Part shown: in pieces, positions 46,477-56,704 of the stretch | Layout of the letters: each line of letters opens with the position of its first letter | Numbering within the stretch: position 1 is the first letter of the stretch | Program-made: the position numbers and the translations under genes | The notes under the pieces: generated by a model | Database searches by the model: none | What the model saw: the letters and a program-made list of their open reading frames with translations, nothing else | What the model was told of the DNA's origin: nothing | From: an uncultured Pirellulales bacterium | GTDB lineage: Bacteria; Planctomycetota; Phycisphaerae; Sedimentisphaerales; Anaerobacaceae | DNA length: 64,000 bases | Reading direction: 5' to 3' | Assembly (NCBI GenBank): GCA_964598225.1 | Contig: CAZRBG010000013.1 | Location: forward strand, 7,903 to 71,902

Positions 46477-47934
46477 ATGAACAGATTCGCACTAATTGCC
46501 GCTATCGGCTTTGTTTCCGCCGGCGTAGCCGGTGCGGCCGATATCGATGTTACAGAGAACATAATTACATCACAACTGTGGACCAACGATAATGTCTATC
46601 ACCTCAAGACCGTGATCTATGTTGAACCGGGCGCGAGTCTTACCATCCAGCCCGGAACCCTCGTTCGCGGCAACACGGAGAGCGCTCTGGTCGTGGCAAA
46701 CGGCGCTCAAATCTTCGCTATGGGCACCGAGAACAGCCCGATCATTATGACCTCGGAACAGGATGACCTGACTACATGGCGGCCCTCCTGTGAAGAGTGG
46801 GGCAACCTGACCATCATGGGCGACGCCCTGATCTCGGCCAACCTTGACGGCGACGGCACGGGACAGCCAGATGGCGCCGACACTGCCCAGATGGAAGGAT
46901 TGATAGCACGGTTTGCCGGCGATACGCTTCCACTGTACGGCGGCGGAAACGATGACGACGACAGCGGTGTAGTCAGCTACGTCTCACTTCGCTACGGCGG
47001 TTTCGTGGTCAGTATAGCCAACGAGCTTAACGGTATGTCGCTCGGCGGCGTCGGCCGCGGCACAGACATGCATCACATCGACATTATGAACAACGTCGAT
47101 GACGGCATTGAAATCTGGGGCGGCACGGTTAACATAAAGTACGTCTCGATCTGGAATATCGGCGACGACAGCTTTGACCTCGACCAGGGCTACCGCGGCA
47201 AGGCCCAGTTCGGCCTGATCGTGCAGGGTTACTGCGGCACCAACAAGCAGGGCTCCGGTATCGGCGACAACTGCTTCGAGATGGACGGCGCTGAAGACGC
47301 CGCCGCTCAGCCGTATGGAGCGGCTTTGATCTACAACTTCACCGCAATTGGCCAGCCTTTCGACGGCGACCAGGGAACAGAATGGCGCGACAACATGCGG
47401 GCCCATTTCCATAACTGTGTCTTCATGGACATTGGCGGAACCATGATCAAAGACGGCGGAAACAGTGGAGACGGCGGCGGCTATGGTTCGGCCGGCGTTC
47501 CGACTTTGGCTGAAGTTTTCAATATGCCGTATGACGTATATCCTCAGAACACCGTTGGTGTCGATCCTAACGCCTTGTACCCCAACTTCACGTCGGGCAA
47601 CTGGGCGCAGTTCTCGAACTGTGTGTTCTACAACCTGGCCGAGACGGATTCGCTGGATGAGTTTGGCGTTTTAGCCGAAGGTTCCGGCAATGCTATTGCC
47701 GAGGCGGATACCATGCCGATTATGAGCATCACCCGTGAAGAGCCGGCGCTGGTAGCCGATAAGGTAATGGCCCGTGTGACCTCCCTGGATCCGCGTGCCG
47801 CCAACGATGCGGCCACCAGCGATGAAATCCTGGACGACGGATTCATCACAACGGCTCCTTATAAGGGCGCATTCCTCGACCACAACTGGCTGATCGGTTG
47901 GACCGCAGCACACGCATTCGGCATGACGCAATAA
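46477..47934 (+). CDS. secreted protein, probable right-handed beta-helix
   Basis: Start at ATG 46477 after AAGGAG, with signal peptide MNRFALIAAIGFVSAGVAGA. The pattern LTIQPGTLVRG..ALVVANGAQIF..SPIIMTS is typical of parallel beta-helix proteins. Confidence 0.7.
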   Translation: MNRFALIAAIGFVSAGVAGAADIDVTENIITSQLWTNDNVYHLKTVIYVEPGASLTIQPGTLVRGNTESALVVANGAQIFAMGTENSPIIMTSEQDDLTTWRPSCEEWGNLTIMGDALISANLDGDGTGQPDGADTAQMEGLIARFAGDTLPLYGGGNDDDDSGVVSYVSLRYGGFVVSIANELNGMSLGGVGRGTDMHHIDIMNNVDDGIEIWGGTVNIKYVSIWNIGDDSFDLDQGYRGKAQFGLIVQGYCGTNKQGSGIGDNCFEMDGAEDAAAQPYGAALIYNFTAIGQPFDGDQGTEWRDNMRAHFHNCVFMDIGGTMIKDGGNSGDGGGYGSAGVPTLAEVFNMPYDVYPQNTVGVDPNALYPNFTSGNWAQFSNCVFYNLAETDSLDEFGVLAEGSGNAIAEADTMPIMSITREEPALVADKVMARVTSLDPRAANDAATSDEILDDGFITTAPYKGAFLDHNWLIGWTAAHAFGMTQ

Positions 47935-47979
47935 GCCGGGGGCCTGATAAGATGGCGAGAATGCCCCATATGACTGGAA

Positions 47980-48018
47980 TCACACATATGCTGATGGCAG
48001 CGCGATCTGACGTGCTGC
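47980..48018 (+). terminator. Rho-independent terminator
   Basis: GCTGATGGCAGC-loop-GCTGCCATCAG followed by TTTT. Confidence 0.7.
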
Positions 48019-48186
48019 CATCAGTTTTCTGCTTTCGGCAAACAAAAAAAGCTGTAGTTTACCTATTTATACGAATTTAACACAATCCTAACATGCTCAT
48101 CCTTTCCTATTTTACCAATTTGTGGTAAAATATTGAATACGTCTATTAGTAGTTGTTTTACGTTCGAACCTGATGGTGGGGACTGT

Positions 48187-49410
48187 ATGAAATATAAAAA
48201 GTGTATATTTGGTCTACTTCTGGCCGTTGGAGCATGCGGCTTCGCTGCTGCGATAGATTCGCGGAGCAAGAGCCAGGCAACGGCTTGTTCAGAAGAAACA
48301 CAGCTTGAGCCGTACAAGCTTGAGATGCTGGACCTGGCCTTTGAGGCGGCTTCGGCGATGCCTGTGCTCCCGCACATCAAGAACCGCTCGCGGGCGCAGG
48401 AAGAAGTGGTGGTAACCTGTCTTGAACTTGAACAACCGACCATAGCACTTAGGTATGTCGAGCATATCGACAACTGGCGGCGTGGTGCGGCCTATGCTGA
48501 TGTGGGTTCCTATCTTGCACAACACGGGACAATGAAAGAGAAAGTTAAACCTTACCTGGATAAAGCGGCTCAGGAAGCCGGGCGCACGGAGGGATGGCGC
48601 AAGGATCGAATAAGAGTCAAGATAGCCCGAGCATACACCTTTTTGCAACAGCATCAACAAGCTCAATCATTCACTGCCGACTTGGAGGAATCCGAAGCAT
48701 CGGCAGCGGCAAGAGTCGAGGCGATGGTTTGCCCGAAAGATTCATTTGAACAGCAAATGAAGGATTTGGATGCTCTTGTTTCAGAAAAAAACTTCGACAC
48801 GGCCAGAAATGCCCTTAGCGCATATTCCGAACTCTATGAGGGTTTCTATACAAATGACAAGCAACGGGAGCTTATCGAAGAAAAGATAAGGACCTCCTGG
48901 GAAATTATGCCGATCTTCATCCGGATTAATTTGCTGATGGAGTTAGCGGATTCCTCTATTTCTCATTCTGAGCCGGCGAAAGCACTTGAGTTGATCGATG
49001 AGGCCGGCGAAATGATGGGCTCGGCGAATTGGCAACTACGTTTTGAAATTCCGCTGAGGGCCGCACTATCCGGGCTCCGCTTTAGAGCCGGTGACGAAGA
49101 TAAAGCAAGGACCGGGGTTGAACACGCTCTCAACAAGTTTGATAAGAATCGCAAGAAGGTTGTGAATATCTATCGGGCCGGGATACTTCGGTCCATCGCG
49201 GAAGCATATCAGGCGATGGGCGATACCGGGACCGCACGAAGTATTTACGAGCGTGCTCTCGAGGCCGGGATTGAGAATCCCAATTCCCGGCCGCGTGCAG
49301 AAGATTTAACTGCTACCTGCTGTTCCATGGCTCTCTATGCAGTTGAACCAAATGCCGAGTTGTGGAACCTGATTCGCAGGATTCACAGTAATTTAGGCGA
49401 TCCCTGGTAG
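48187..49410 (+). CDS. lipoprotein, helical-repeat (TPR-like)
   Basis: Start at ATG 48187 with a lipobox-like LLLAVGAC. Helix-rich, repeat-like sequence; no family recognised. Confidence 0.6.
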   Translation: MKYKKCIFGLLLAVGACGFAAAIDSRSKSQATACSEETQLEPYKLEMLDLAFEAASAMPVLPHIKNRSRAQEEVVVTCLELEQPTIALRYVEHIDNWRRGAAYADVGSYLAQHGTMKEKVKPYLDKAAQEAGRTEGWRKDRIRVKIARAYTFLQQHQQAQSFTADLEESEASAAARVEAMVCPKDSFEQQMKDLDALVSEKNFDTARNALSAYSELYEGFYTNDKQRELIEEKIRTSWEIMPIFIRINLLMELADSSISHSEPAKALELIDEAGEMMGSANWQLRFEIPLRAALSGLRFRAGDEDKARTGVEHALNKFDKNRKKVVNIYRAGILRSIAEAYQAMGDTGTARSIYERALEAGIENPNSRPRAEDLTATCCSMALYAVEPNAELWNLIRRIHSNLGDPW

Positions 49411-49510
49411 TTCTCGGAGTCTTGCTAAGAGCGTCTGAGTTTTGAAGGCTTGCAGGCAATGAGCCTTCAAATTGGTAAAGGGTGATGAATTTCATTGGAG
49501 TAGGCGAAGG

Positions 49511-52474
49511 GTGAAAAGACATGTCCCCAGTGAAGTCGGGGGATTCGTCGGATTTAATCCACGATCTGTCGCACTGATTTTAGCAGTGTTGCTCTGTGTA
49601 GCGTCCATTCTTTCAGCACAGCAGGTCGGCGGCATTCGCGGCACGGTATACGACAAAGATTTTGACGTACCGCTGGCCTCTGCTCAAGTGCTCATAGTCG
49701 AAACCGGCGAGAAAACCACAACCACCGACGAAGGCAATTACGTCTTCGGAGAAGTGGCCCCCGGTACCTATACACTGGCTTTTTCAAAAGAAGGATACAC
49801 ACGTCAGTTAATATCCAACGTGACGGTCTCGGCTGGCCAAATGAACGATGTCAGCGCCTCGCTGGCCGGTGAATTCACGGAAATGGAAGAGTTCGTGGTG
49901 CAGGACCTGGCGCTGGGAGGCGGTACCGAGATACAACTGCTGCAATTGAGAGCGCAGGTTCCGTCGTTTCTGGATTCGATCGGCTCAGAGGTGATGAGTC
50001 AAGCAGGTGTAAGCGATGCCGCAAGTGCGCTGCGGTTGGTTTCCGGTGCAACAGTCGAGGATGGCAAATACGCTGTGGTCCGCGGCCTGCCCGACCGTTA
50101 CGTCAGTTCCCAGTTGAACTCGGTGCGCCTGCCGACGGCCGATGTCGATAAGCGTGCCGTTCAGCTCGATCAGTTTCCCGCGGCCCTGGTTGAGAGCATA
50201 CAGGTCAAGAAAACGTTCACTCCCGACCAGCAGGGCGACGCCTCCGGCGGTGCGGTGAACGTGGTGCTCAAAGGAATTCCCCGAGAACGGGTTTTGAGGT
50301 TCAAGGGAACTGCGGAATACAACTCACAGGTGCGCGGGCGCGACGACTTCCTCACTTACCGCGGCGGAGGTCCCAACTTCCTGGGAATCGACGACGACAG
50401 GGATATTCCCGGCAATGGCATATTCGAGGGGCCGATGGGAACACATCGAGACGATGCGCCCCTCTTTCACTACAGCGGATCCGCCACCTTTGGCGACGTT
50501 TATGAATATGACACTGGTCTTCGAATCGGCGCAATCGGAAGCACGTACTACAAACGAGAGCAGTCCTATTTTGAAGACGGAAAAAATGACATATACGAGG
50601 CGGTGCTTGAGAACGGAACTTACGTCATGAAGCCATTTATTGCCGATGGCGATGTGACAAGCCTCTTCGATGTAACAGAGGGCGTCGATTCGGTGAAATG
50701 GGGCCTCATGGGAGCATTGGGCGCTGAATTCGACCGCCATGCTTTTACCCTGCTTTTCATGCGGACCCAGGTCGCCGAGGATGAGGCAAGTCTTCTGGAG
50801 GATACGCGAGGTAGAGCGATCTTCGGCACTGAAGACGATCCCGGTGCATTTCCTTTTCATCGCAATCAGACGCTGGAATATATCGAGCGCAGCCAGACCA
50901 CGGTTCAACTTAAAGGGCGGCACACACTGCCCGCACCGGCGCTTGAATTTTGTTTCGCACGCACAGGAGACCTTGAGCCCGAGATCGACTGGACACTGGC
51001 TCACAGCGTCGCCAGGCTGGACAGCCCGGACAAACGAGTGTTCAGCTCCAAATGGCAGCCCGAACGGGTAGTACCGCTGCCACCTCCTCTTGATGACCTT
51101 GTGTTTCCACCGGTCTACACCGGCTTCGACCCCGGCGGCAGCGGAGAGAGCTTCGCTCAGCGTATCTGGAAAGACATTCGCGAAGACAGCGACCAGGTAC
51201 AAGTCAACGGAAAACTGCCGTTCGAGCAGTGGAGTGGAGAGGAAGGATATTTCCAGACAGGCCTGTTCAATGACCAGGTAGATCGTGAGTTCGATCAGGA
51301 CAGCTTCATTTACGACACCGGCGGTTCTTTCGAAGCACCGTGGGAGGTGCTTTGGACCGACTTCTTCGTCGGTCAGAATCCGGAAATTAACGATTCCGAC
51401 GAAGATGTCGATTATACCGGTAAGCAAAACATCTCCGCCTGGTACTACATGTTCGATCTGCCATTCACCGCCGATTTCAAATTCATCGGGGGCCAGCGGT
51501 TCGAATCCACAGAGCTTAACATCACAAATGAACCCGAGAGTACCAACGCAAGATACCTTCCCCCGGACGGAACCGGCTGGACCCGCTTCGGGCCGGAAGC
51601 TGACGTCGAGTTCTCCCAGGATGACATCCTTCCCTCGGTTGGTTTCGAATACACTCCTATAGAAAAAGTCAAGCTTCGAGCCTCATACAGCGAAACCGTG
51701 GCGCGTCAGACATTCAAGGAATTATCTCCGGTGATGCAGTTTGAGTTTCTGGGCGCCGACATATTCGTCGGAAATCCGGAATTGACCATGAGTGCTCTGA
51801 AAAATTACGATCTGCGAATCGATTACGAGCCTTATACCGGTGGTCTTCTATCGGCTTCCTGGTTCCGTAAGGACATTACGAATCCTATAGAAGTTGTGCA
51901 GCGGTTCCAGGCTTCACTGTTCTATACGACTCCGGTTAATTACCCTGAGGGCTGGCTCGAAGGTTATGAACTGGAGGCCCGACAGGACCTTGGGCGGTTT
52001 TGGGACTCACTGGAAGGCTTTTCAGCCGGAGCTAACGCCACCATCATCAACTCGGAAGTTACGCTGCCGGCCGATGAGGCGGCCGATTTTGCTGCCATAG
52101 GCGTACCGATTCAAACCCGCGATATGACCAACGCGCCCGAGTTCCTGTACAACCTGAATCTCACCTATGAGAGTCCGGAATACGGCACACGGGTCGGCAT
52201 TTTCTACACCGTCCGAGGCGATACTCTGGCCGAAGGCGGCGTCGCATTAGGCAGGGAATTCCTGCCGGATGTTTACGAGAAACAGTTCGGAACGCTCAAC
52301 ATAGGAGTAACCCAGCCGGTAGGAGAACATTGTAAGATCGCTTTCCAGGCCAAAAATATCACTAATCCCGAAATCCAGCGTGTCTATCGTTCCGATTTTG
52401 TTGAAGGTGATACGGTCAAAACCTCCTTCAAAAGAGGCGTAGATCTTAACCTGAGTCTGATTTACGAGTTTTAG
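49511..52474 (+). CDS. TonB-dependent receptor, Oar-like (carboxypeptidase-regulatory-like N-domain + plug + barrel)
   Basis: IRGTVYD..EGNYVFGEVAPGTYTLAFSKEGY, plug VVRGLPDRY..VESIQVKK, long beta-barrel, terminal ..LSLIYEF. Start uncertain (GTG 49511 versus 49472). Confidence 0.85.
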   Translation: MKRHVPSEVGGFVGFNPRSVALILAVLLCVASILSAQQVGGIRGTVYDKDFDVPLASAQVLIVETGEKTTTTDEGNYVFGEVAPGTYTLAFSKEGYTRQLISNVTVSAGQMNDVSASLAGEFTEMEEFVVQDLALGGGTEIQLLQLRAQVPSFLDSIGSEVMSQAGVSDAASALRLVSGATVEDGKYAVVRGLPDRYVSSQLNSVRLPTADVDKRAVQLDQFPAALVESIQVKKTFTPDQQGDASGGAVNVVLKGIPRERVLRFKGTAEYNSQVRGRDDFLTYRGGGPNFLGIDDDRDIPGNGIFEGPMGTHRDDAPLFHYSGSATFGDVYEYDTGLRIGAIGSTYYKREQSYFEDGKNDIYEAVLENGTYVMKPFIADGDVTSLFDVTEGVDSVKWGLMGALGAEFDRHAFTLLFMRTQVAEDEASLLEDTRGRAIFGTEDDPGAFPFHRNQTLEYIERSQTTVQLKGRHTLPAPALEFCFARTGDLEPEIDWTLAHSVARLDSPDKRVFSSKWQPERVVPLPPPLDDLVFPPVYTGFDPGGSGESFAQRIWKDIREDSDQVQVNGKLPFEQWSGEEGYFQTGLFNDQVDREFDQDSFIYDTGGSFEAPWEVLWTDFFVGQNPEINDSDEDVDYTGKQNISAWYYMFDLPFTADFKFIGGQRFESTELNITNEPESTNARYLPPDGTGWTRFGPEADVEFSQDDILPSVGFEYTPIEKVKLRASYSETVARQTFKELSPVMQFEFLGADIFVGNPELTMSALKNYDLRIDYEPYTGGLLSASWFRKDITNPIEVVQRFQASLFYTTPVNYPEGWLEGYELEARQDLGRFWDSLEGFSAGANATIINSEVTLPADEAADFAAIGVPIQTRDMTNAPEFLYNLNLTYESPEYGTRVGIFYTVRGDTLAEGGVALGREFLPDVYEKQFGTLNIGVTQPVGEHCKIAFQAKNITNPEIQRVYRSDFVEGDTVKTSFKRGVDLNLSLIYEF

Positions 52475-52667
52475 AAGAGTCTTGTCCGCCGGCTTCTCTT
52501 TCTCCGATCGCTTGAGCATTCACCCTTAATTAATTCAATTTTAGCCATCTCTTAATAAAGCTCTAACATGATATCAGTAGTATTAGTGTGTCAAGAAGGT
52601 GGTTTCAGTATTCTTCAACTTGATATTGTTGCTACTGGAACCAATTTCCATGAATGAGAGGTAAATA

Positions 52668-53441
52668 GTGACAAAGATACATTGTCGTATACCGATTATC
52701 ATAGCGATAACAGCAGCCCTTGGCTCGGCTGAAGGGCCAGTTGTAAGGGACAGCGTTGAAGATACGCGAGCGGCGCTCGAGAAATGGGTCGAGACCAGAA
52801 AGACGATCTCGAAGGAAAAGCAGGATTGGGCCCTCGAACGGGAAATACTCGAAGAGCGGATAAAACTGGTGCAGCGCGAAATCAAATCGTTGCGCGAAAA
52901 GATCAGTGAGGCCGAGAAGAGCATCAGCGACACCGACGAAAAACGTGCAGAGCTGATGGATGAGAACAATAAGCTTAAGAGTGCTTCCGAAATGCTAACC
53001 GGCACAGTAACCGAACTCGAAGCCAAAACCATTGCGTTGAACAAGCAGTTGCCCGATCCCATACGTGAGCGGGTCAAACCTGTCAGCCAGCTCCTTCCGG
53101 ATGATCCCAACGATACGCAACTGTCACTTGCCCAGCGTTTTCAAAACGTAATCGGGGTGCTGAACGAAGTGAATAAGTTCAACCTCGAGATCACGGTAAC
53201 CAGCGAAAGGCGCACAATAGCCGGCGGAAAAGAAGCTGAGGTCACAGCGCTTTATGTCGGTCTCGGCCAAGCTTACTACACAGGGGCCAACGGCACTATT
53301 GCCGGAGTGGGCCGCCCTTCGGAGCAAGGTTGGAATTGGATACCCGCTGATGAGGAAGCGGACAAAATAGCCGATGCTGTAGCTATTTTGAAAAATGAAA
53401 TGGTGGCCGGCTTTGTCCCGCTGCCGGTAAAGGTTAAATAA
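52668..53441 (+). CDS. DUF3450-family periplasmic coiled-coil protein (TtpB-like)
   Basis: GTG start, signal peptide and coiled coil. The C-terminal pattern RFQNVIGVLNEV..ALYVGLGQAYY..WNWIPA..PLPVKV matches DUF3450 as I recall it. Confidence 0.8.
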   Translation: MTKIHCRIPIIIAITAALGSAEGPVVRDSVEDTRAALEKWVETRKTISKEKQDWALEREILEERIKLVQREIKSLREKISEAEKSISDTDEKRAELMDENNKLKSASEMLTGTVTELEAKTIALNKQLPDPIRERVKPVSQLLPDDPNDTQLSLAQRFQNVIGVLNEVNKFNLEITVTSERRTIAGGKEAEVTALYVGLGQAYYTGANGTIAGVGRPSEQGWNWIPADEEADKIADAVAILKNEMVAGFVPLPVKVK

Positions 53442-53449
53442 AGCTAATA

Positions 53450-55483
53450 ATGAACACAAAGACAAAGTCAACTTTTGCTCATGCGCTTGCAGTACGCAGC
53501 CTCTGTAAAGCGAAGATTAGTAATGCAGGCAGATTTGTTCTGTTAATGCTGGCTTTTCTGCTTCTATTCTCGCCGATGCCTGTTGGTACTGCCACGGCTC
53601 AGAATAGCGCAGATCCCGATTCGTCTGCGCCGTCCGATGCTGACGCCGGCAAGTTTGGCCAGGTGGAAAAATCCGTCCGGCAGCAGCTTGCGGACAGCCT
53701 CGACGAATTGGCTAGACTGCGTGACGAAATCAAGAACCAGAAGATCCCGCTCGGTCAGAAGCTCACAGCGCTCGAAGATGAATTAAGCGAGGTAAGGAGT
53801 GAATATCAGCGGGTTTCCCAGATGGTCGATACCCGCACGCTCGATCTGACCAATCTGCGTTCGGAGATTAAATCGCGAAAAGAAGAGAGAACGTATCTCC
53901 TCAACAGCCTCCTGAGCCCCTACGTGCAAAACTTCGAAACGCGGTTGCACATTGCCGAGATGCAGCGATACAAAGAACCGCTTGAAGAGGCCAAGCTTGC
54001 GCTCGAAAATCAAAATCTGAGCGACATCGAGATTTATAAGGCCCAAACCGACCTCGTCGAAGCTTCACTCGAACGCCTCTCCGACGCTCTCGGCGGGGGT
54101 CGTTTTGAAGGTAGTGCAATTGACACTTCGGGTTTGGTTAAGCCGGGCGCCTTTGTTATCATAGGCCCTGCGGCGCTCTTCCGCTCCCAGGACGGGGAAA
54201 CCGTCGGCACTGTCGAGCAGCGCCTCGGTTCGCTGGAACCGACGGTGGTGGCCTTTGAATCGCCGGAAATGACGGAATCAGCCGCCGAGACGGTTAAGGC
54301 TGGCGAAGGCAAATTCCCGCTCGATCCCACACTGGGCAACGCGCACAAGATCGAAGCCACAAAACAGACCGTCTGGGAGCATGTCAGCAAGGGCGGCCCT
54401 GTTATGTATCCGATTCTCACTCTGGCTGCCGCCGCGATGTTGGTGGCGACATTCAAGTGGTGGGAGCTTTCGCGAGTACCCAAGCCGTCGGAGAGCCGCG
54501 TTGGTTCGCTTCTTGATGCCGTAGCCGAGCACGACGAAGAAAAGGCCGCTGCGGAAGCCGCGGCTATTGGCGGGCCGACCGGAGAGATGTTGTCTGCCGG
54601 TGTCGAGCACATCAAAGAGCCGCCCGCTCTGATTGAAGAAGTGATGTACGAGAAGATTCTCACGGCTAAAATGCGGCTACAGCGTTTTCTGCCTTTTGTC
54701 GCTATCAGTGCGGCCGCGGCGCCGCTGCTGGGGTTGCTCGGTACCGTAACCGGCATTATTAATACCTTCAAACTGATAACAGTCTTCGGCTCCGGCGATG
54801 TAAAGACCCTTTCGGGCGGTATTTCCGAAGCACTCATTACAACCGAGTTCGGATTGATCGTGGCTATCCCGTCCCTGTTGCTGCATGCGTTTCTCTCGCG
54901 AAAGGCGCGAGGTATGATTGCCCGAATGGAGAAGACCGCCATTTCCTTCATCAATCAGATCAGCAAGACACCATATAAACAGAACGGCACATCCGAAATG
55001 CTGGCCGACATGCCCGCTGCGGTGGCGCGGGAAGTTTTGCGAGGTCTAAAGCGAGGAAACGGCAAGGAGAGCGCACAACTGTCGCGCTATTCTAAAGACT
55101 CGGCCGGCAGCATTATGGACCCGAAAGTCGTCACCATAGCCAATACTGCCACGGTGGCCGAAGCAATCGGCATGATCCGAAGCGCTGAACTTGATGAGGA
55201 CGCTCCGGCCGTGTTTGTCACAGATGATAAAGGCAAGTACATCGGAGACATACGCATCCATAAGCTTTTGACCCGCCCTGAACAGGTTGGTATTGATTCT
55301 TTGGTGGATCGAGACGCGATGTTCGTACGTGTCGATACAAACACCGAGCGGTTGAAGCAACTCTTTAAGCAGCACGACCTCGTTACCGTGCCGGTACTCA
55401 ATGAAGTTGATCAGCCGGTGGGGCGGATTACGATTGATCGTGTGAATGGAGATACTACAGAGAGAAGGAGCATCGAGAGATGA
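53450..55483 (+). CDS. large MotA/TolQ/ExbB-family proton channel protein (TtpC-like) with C-terminal MgtE-like CBS pair
   Basis: 677 aa. Signal/TM, then a long coiled-coil periplasmic region, then the MotA/ExbB core AAPLLGLLGTVTGIINTF..GGISEALITTEFGLIVAIP. The ~170-aa tail is AGSIMDPKVVTI..YIGDIRIHKLL..MFVRVDTNTE..LVTVPVLNE..VGRITIDRV. Confidence 0.85.
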   Translation: MNTKTKSTFAHALAVRSLCKAKISNAGRFVLLMLAFLLLFSPMPVGTATAQNSADPDSSAPSDADAGKFGQVEKSVRQQLADSLDELARLRDEIKNQKIPLGQKLTALEDELSEVRSEYQRVSQMVDTRTLDLTNLRSEIKSRKEERTYLLNSLLSPYVQNFETRLHIAEMQRYKEPLEEAKLALENQNLSDIEIYKAQTDLVEASLERLSDALGGGRFEGSAIDTSGLVKPGAFVIIGPAALFRSQDGETVGTVEQRLGSLEPTVVAFESPEMTESAAETVKAGEGKFPLDPTLGNAHKIEATKQTVWEHVSKGGPVMYPILTLAAAAMLVATFKWWELSRVPKPSESRVGSLLDAVAEHDEEKAAAEAAAIGGPTGEMLSAGVEHIKEPPALIEEVMYEKILTAKMRLQRFLPFVAISAAAAPLLGLLGTVTGIINTFKLITVFGSGDVKTLSGGISEALITTEFGLIVAIPSLLLHAFLSRKARGMIARMEKTAISFINQISKTPYKQNGTSEMLADMPAAVAREVLRGLKRGNGKESAQLSRYSKDSAGSIMDPKVVTIANTATVAEAIGMIRSAELDEDAPAVFVTDDKGKYIGDIRIHKLLTRPEQVGIDSLVDRDAMFVRVDTNTERLKQLFKQHDLVTVPVLNEVDQPVGRITIDRVNGDTTERRSIER

Positions 55484-56214
55484 ACGCTATAAGTGACCAG
55501 TTTGCTGCTCTATGGGAACAGGCCGTGAATATTTGGTTATCCGGCGGCTGGGGAATGGTGGCCCTGGCTTTGAACGCGCTGATTATGGTTGCCCTGGGGA
55601 TGCAAGTGCTCTTTAAGCTTCGCGAGAGAGGCTTTCAGTCAGTACCGGAAAAGAAATGGCGACATTGGATCAATCACCCTGAGGAGCGTCGCGGGCCAAT
55701 CGGTGAGCTGCTCGATTTCGTCACCGGAGCCAAATCGCTCAAGCAATCGAGTGTATTTTTCGAGGAATTGCGAAATACGGAGATCGCTCCGTTCGAGCGC
55801 GACTTGCGGGTCATGAAGGTTTGCGTCACCGCTGCACCGCTGCTCGGGCTGCTCGGGACGGTTACCGGAATGCTCGCCACATTTGGAGCTCTGGCGTCCG
55901 GCTCCGGTGGTGAAAAGACTATGAGTCTCGTTGCCGAGGGCATTTCCGAAGCGTTGATAACGACGGAAACCGGCCTGATTGTTGCGTTGCCGGGACTCTT
56001 TTTCCAGTATCAGCTCTCGCGCAGACTCGAACGTTACAAGGTGTTTCTGGCGCACCTCGAAACGATTTGCGCACAGAAGCTCTTTAAGAGACTGAGCGAG
56101 CAGCGGAGACCCGAGCCCGAACCGCAGAAAGAGGTCATCAAATACGAGCCGCTCCTCCCGCAGGAAGCCACTCGTTACGAAGAAAATTTGCGGGAGCGCG
56201 AACTCGTCGCATAG
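55480..56214 (+). CDS. exbB: MotA/TolQ/ExbB proton channel protein
   Basis: AAPLLGLLGTVTGMLATF..EGISEALITTETGLIVALP. ATGA overlap with the upstream gene. Confidence 0.9.
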   Translation: MNAISDQFAALWEQAVNIWLSGGWGMVALALNALIMVALGMQVLFKLRERGFQSVPEKKWRHWINHPEERRGPIGELLDFVTGAKSLKQSSVFFEELRNTEIAPFERDLRVMKVCVTAAPLLGLLGTVTGMLATFGALASGSGGEKTMSLVAEGISEALITTETGLIVALPGLFFQYQLSRRLERYKVFLAHLETICAQKLFKRLSEQRRPEPEPQKEVIKYEPLLPQEATRYEENLRERELVA

Positions 56215-56279
56215 TGAATCTTGCACTTGTTTGTGTAGATAATTACTGGTTCTTAGAGAATTAATGACAGAGGAAGCAT

Positions 56280-56693
56280 ATGGGTCGTTTTCGTGAAATG
56301 GCATCAGAAGACAACAGCGACGTCGGCGTGGATATTTCTCCGCTTATCGACTGCGTGTTCATTCTTCTGATCTTCTTTATCGTCACAACCACATTTGTCG
56401 AAGAGACCGGCGTAGAGGTCGACAAACCTCAAGCTGCCTCGTCTGTCCGGCTGGAAAAGACGAGCATTCTATTAGCCCTGACTGAAAAGGGCGAGGTGGT
56501 CTACGGCGGGCGGGAAATCGGCTTTAGCGGCGTGCGGCAGCTCGTCAAGCGGCTGCTTCAAAAAGAAGACGTTCCGGTTATTATTCAGGCCGATGCGGCC
56601 GCGCCGTCGGGACTGCTCGTCCGCGTCATTGACGAAGCCAAACTGGCCGGCGCTACAAAAGTAAGCCTGGCCTCCCGAAAACCAAAGGGTTGA
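56280..56693 (+). CDS. exbD: biopolymer transporter ExbD/TolR
   Basis: 137 aa; [20 protein letters not shown] followed by a periplasmic domain. Confidence 0.9.
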   Translation: MGRFREMASEDNSDVGVDISPLIDCVFILLIFFIVTTTFVEETGVEVDKPQAASSVRLEKTSILLALTEKGEVVYGGREIGFSGVRQLVKRLLQKEDVPVIIQADAAAPSGLLVRVIDEAKLAGATKVSLASRKPKG

Positions 56694-56704
56694 GCGGTTG
56701 AGCC

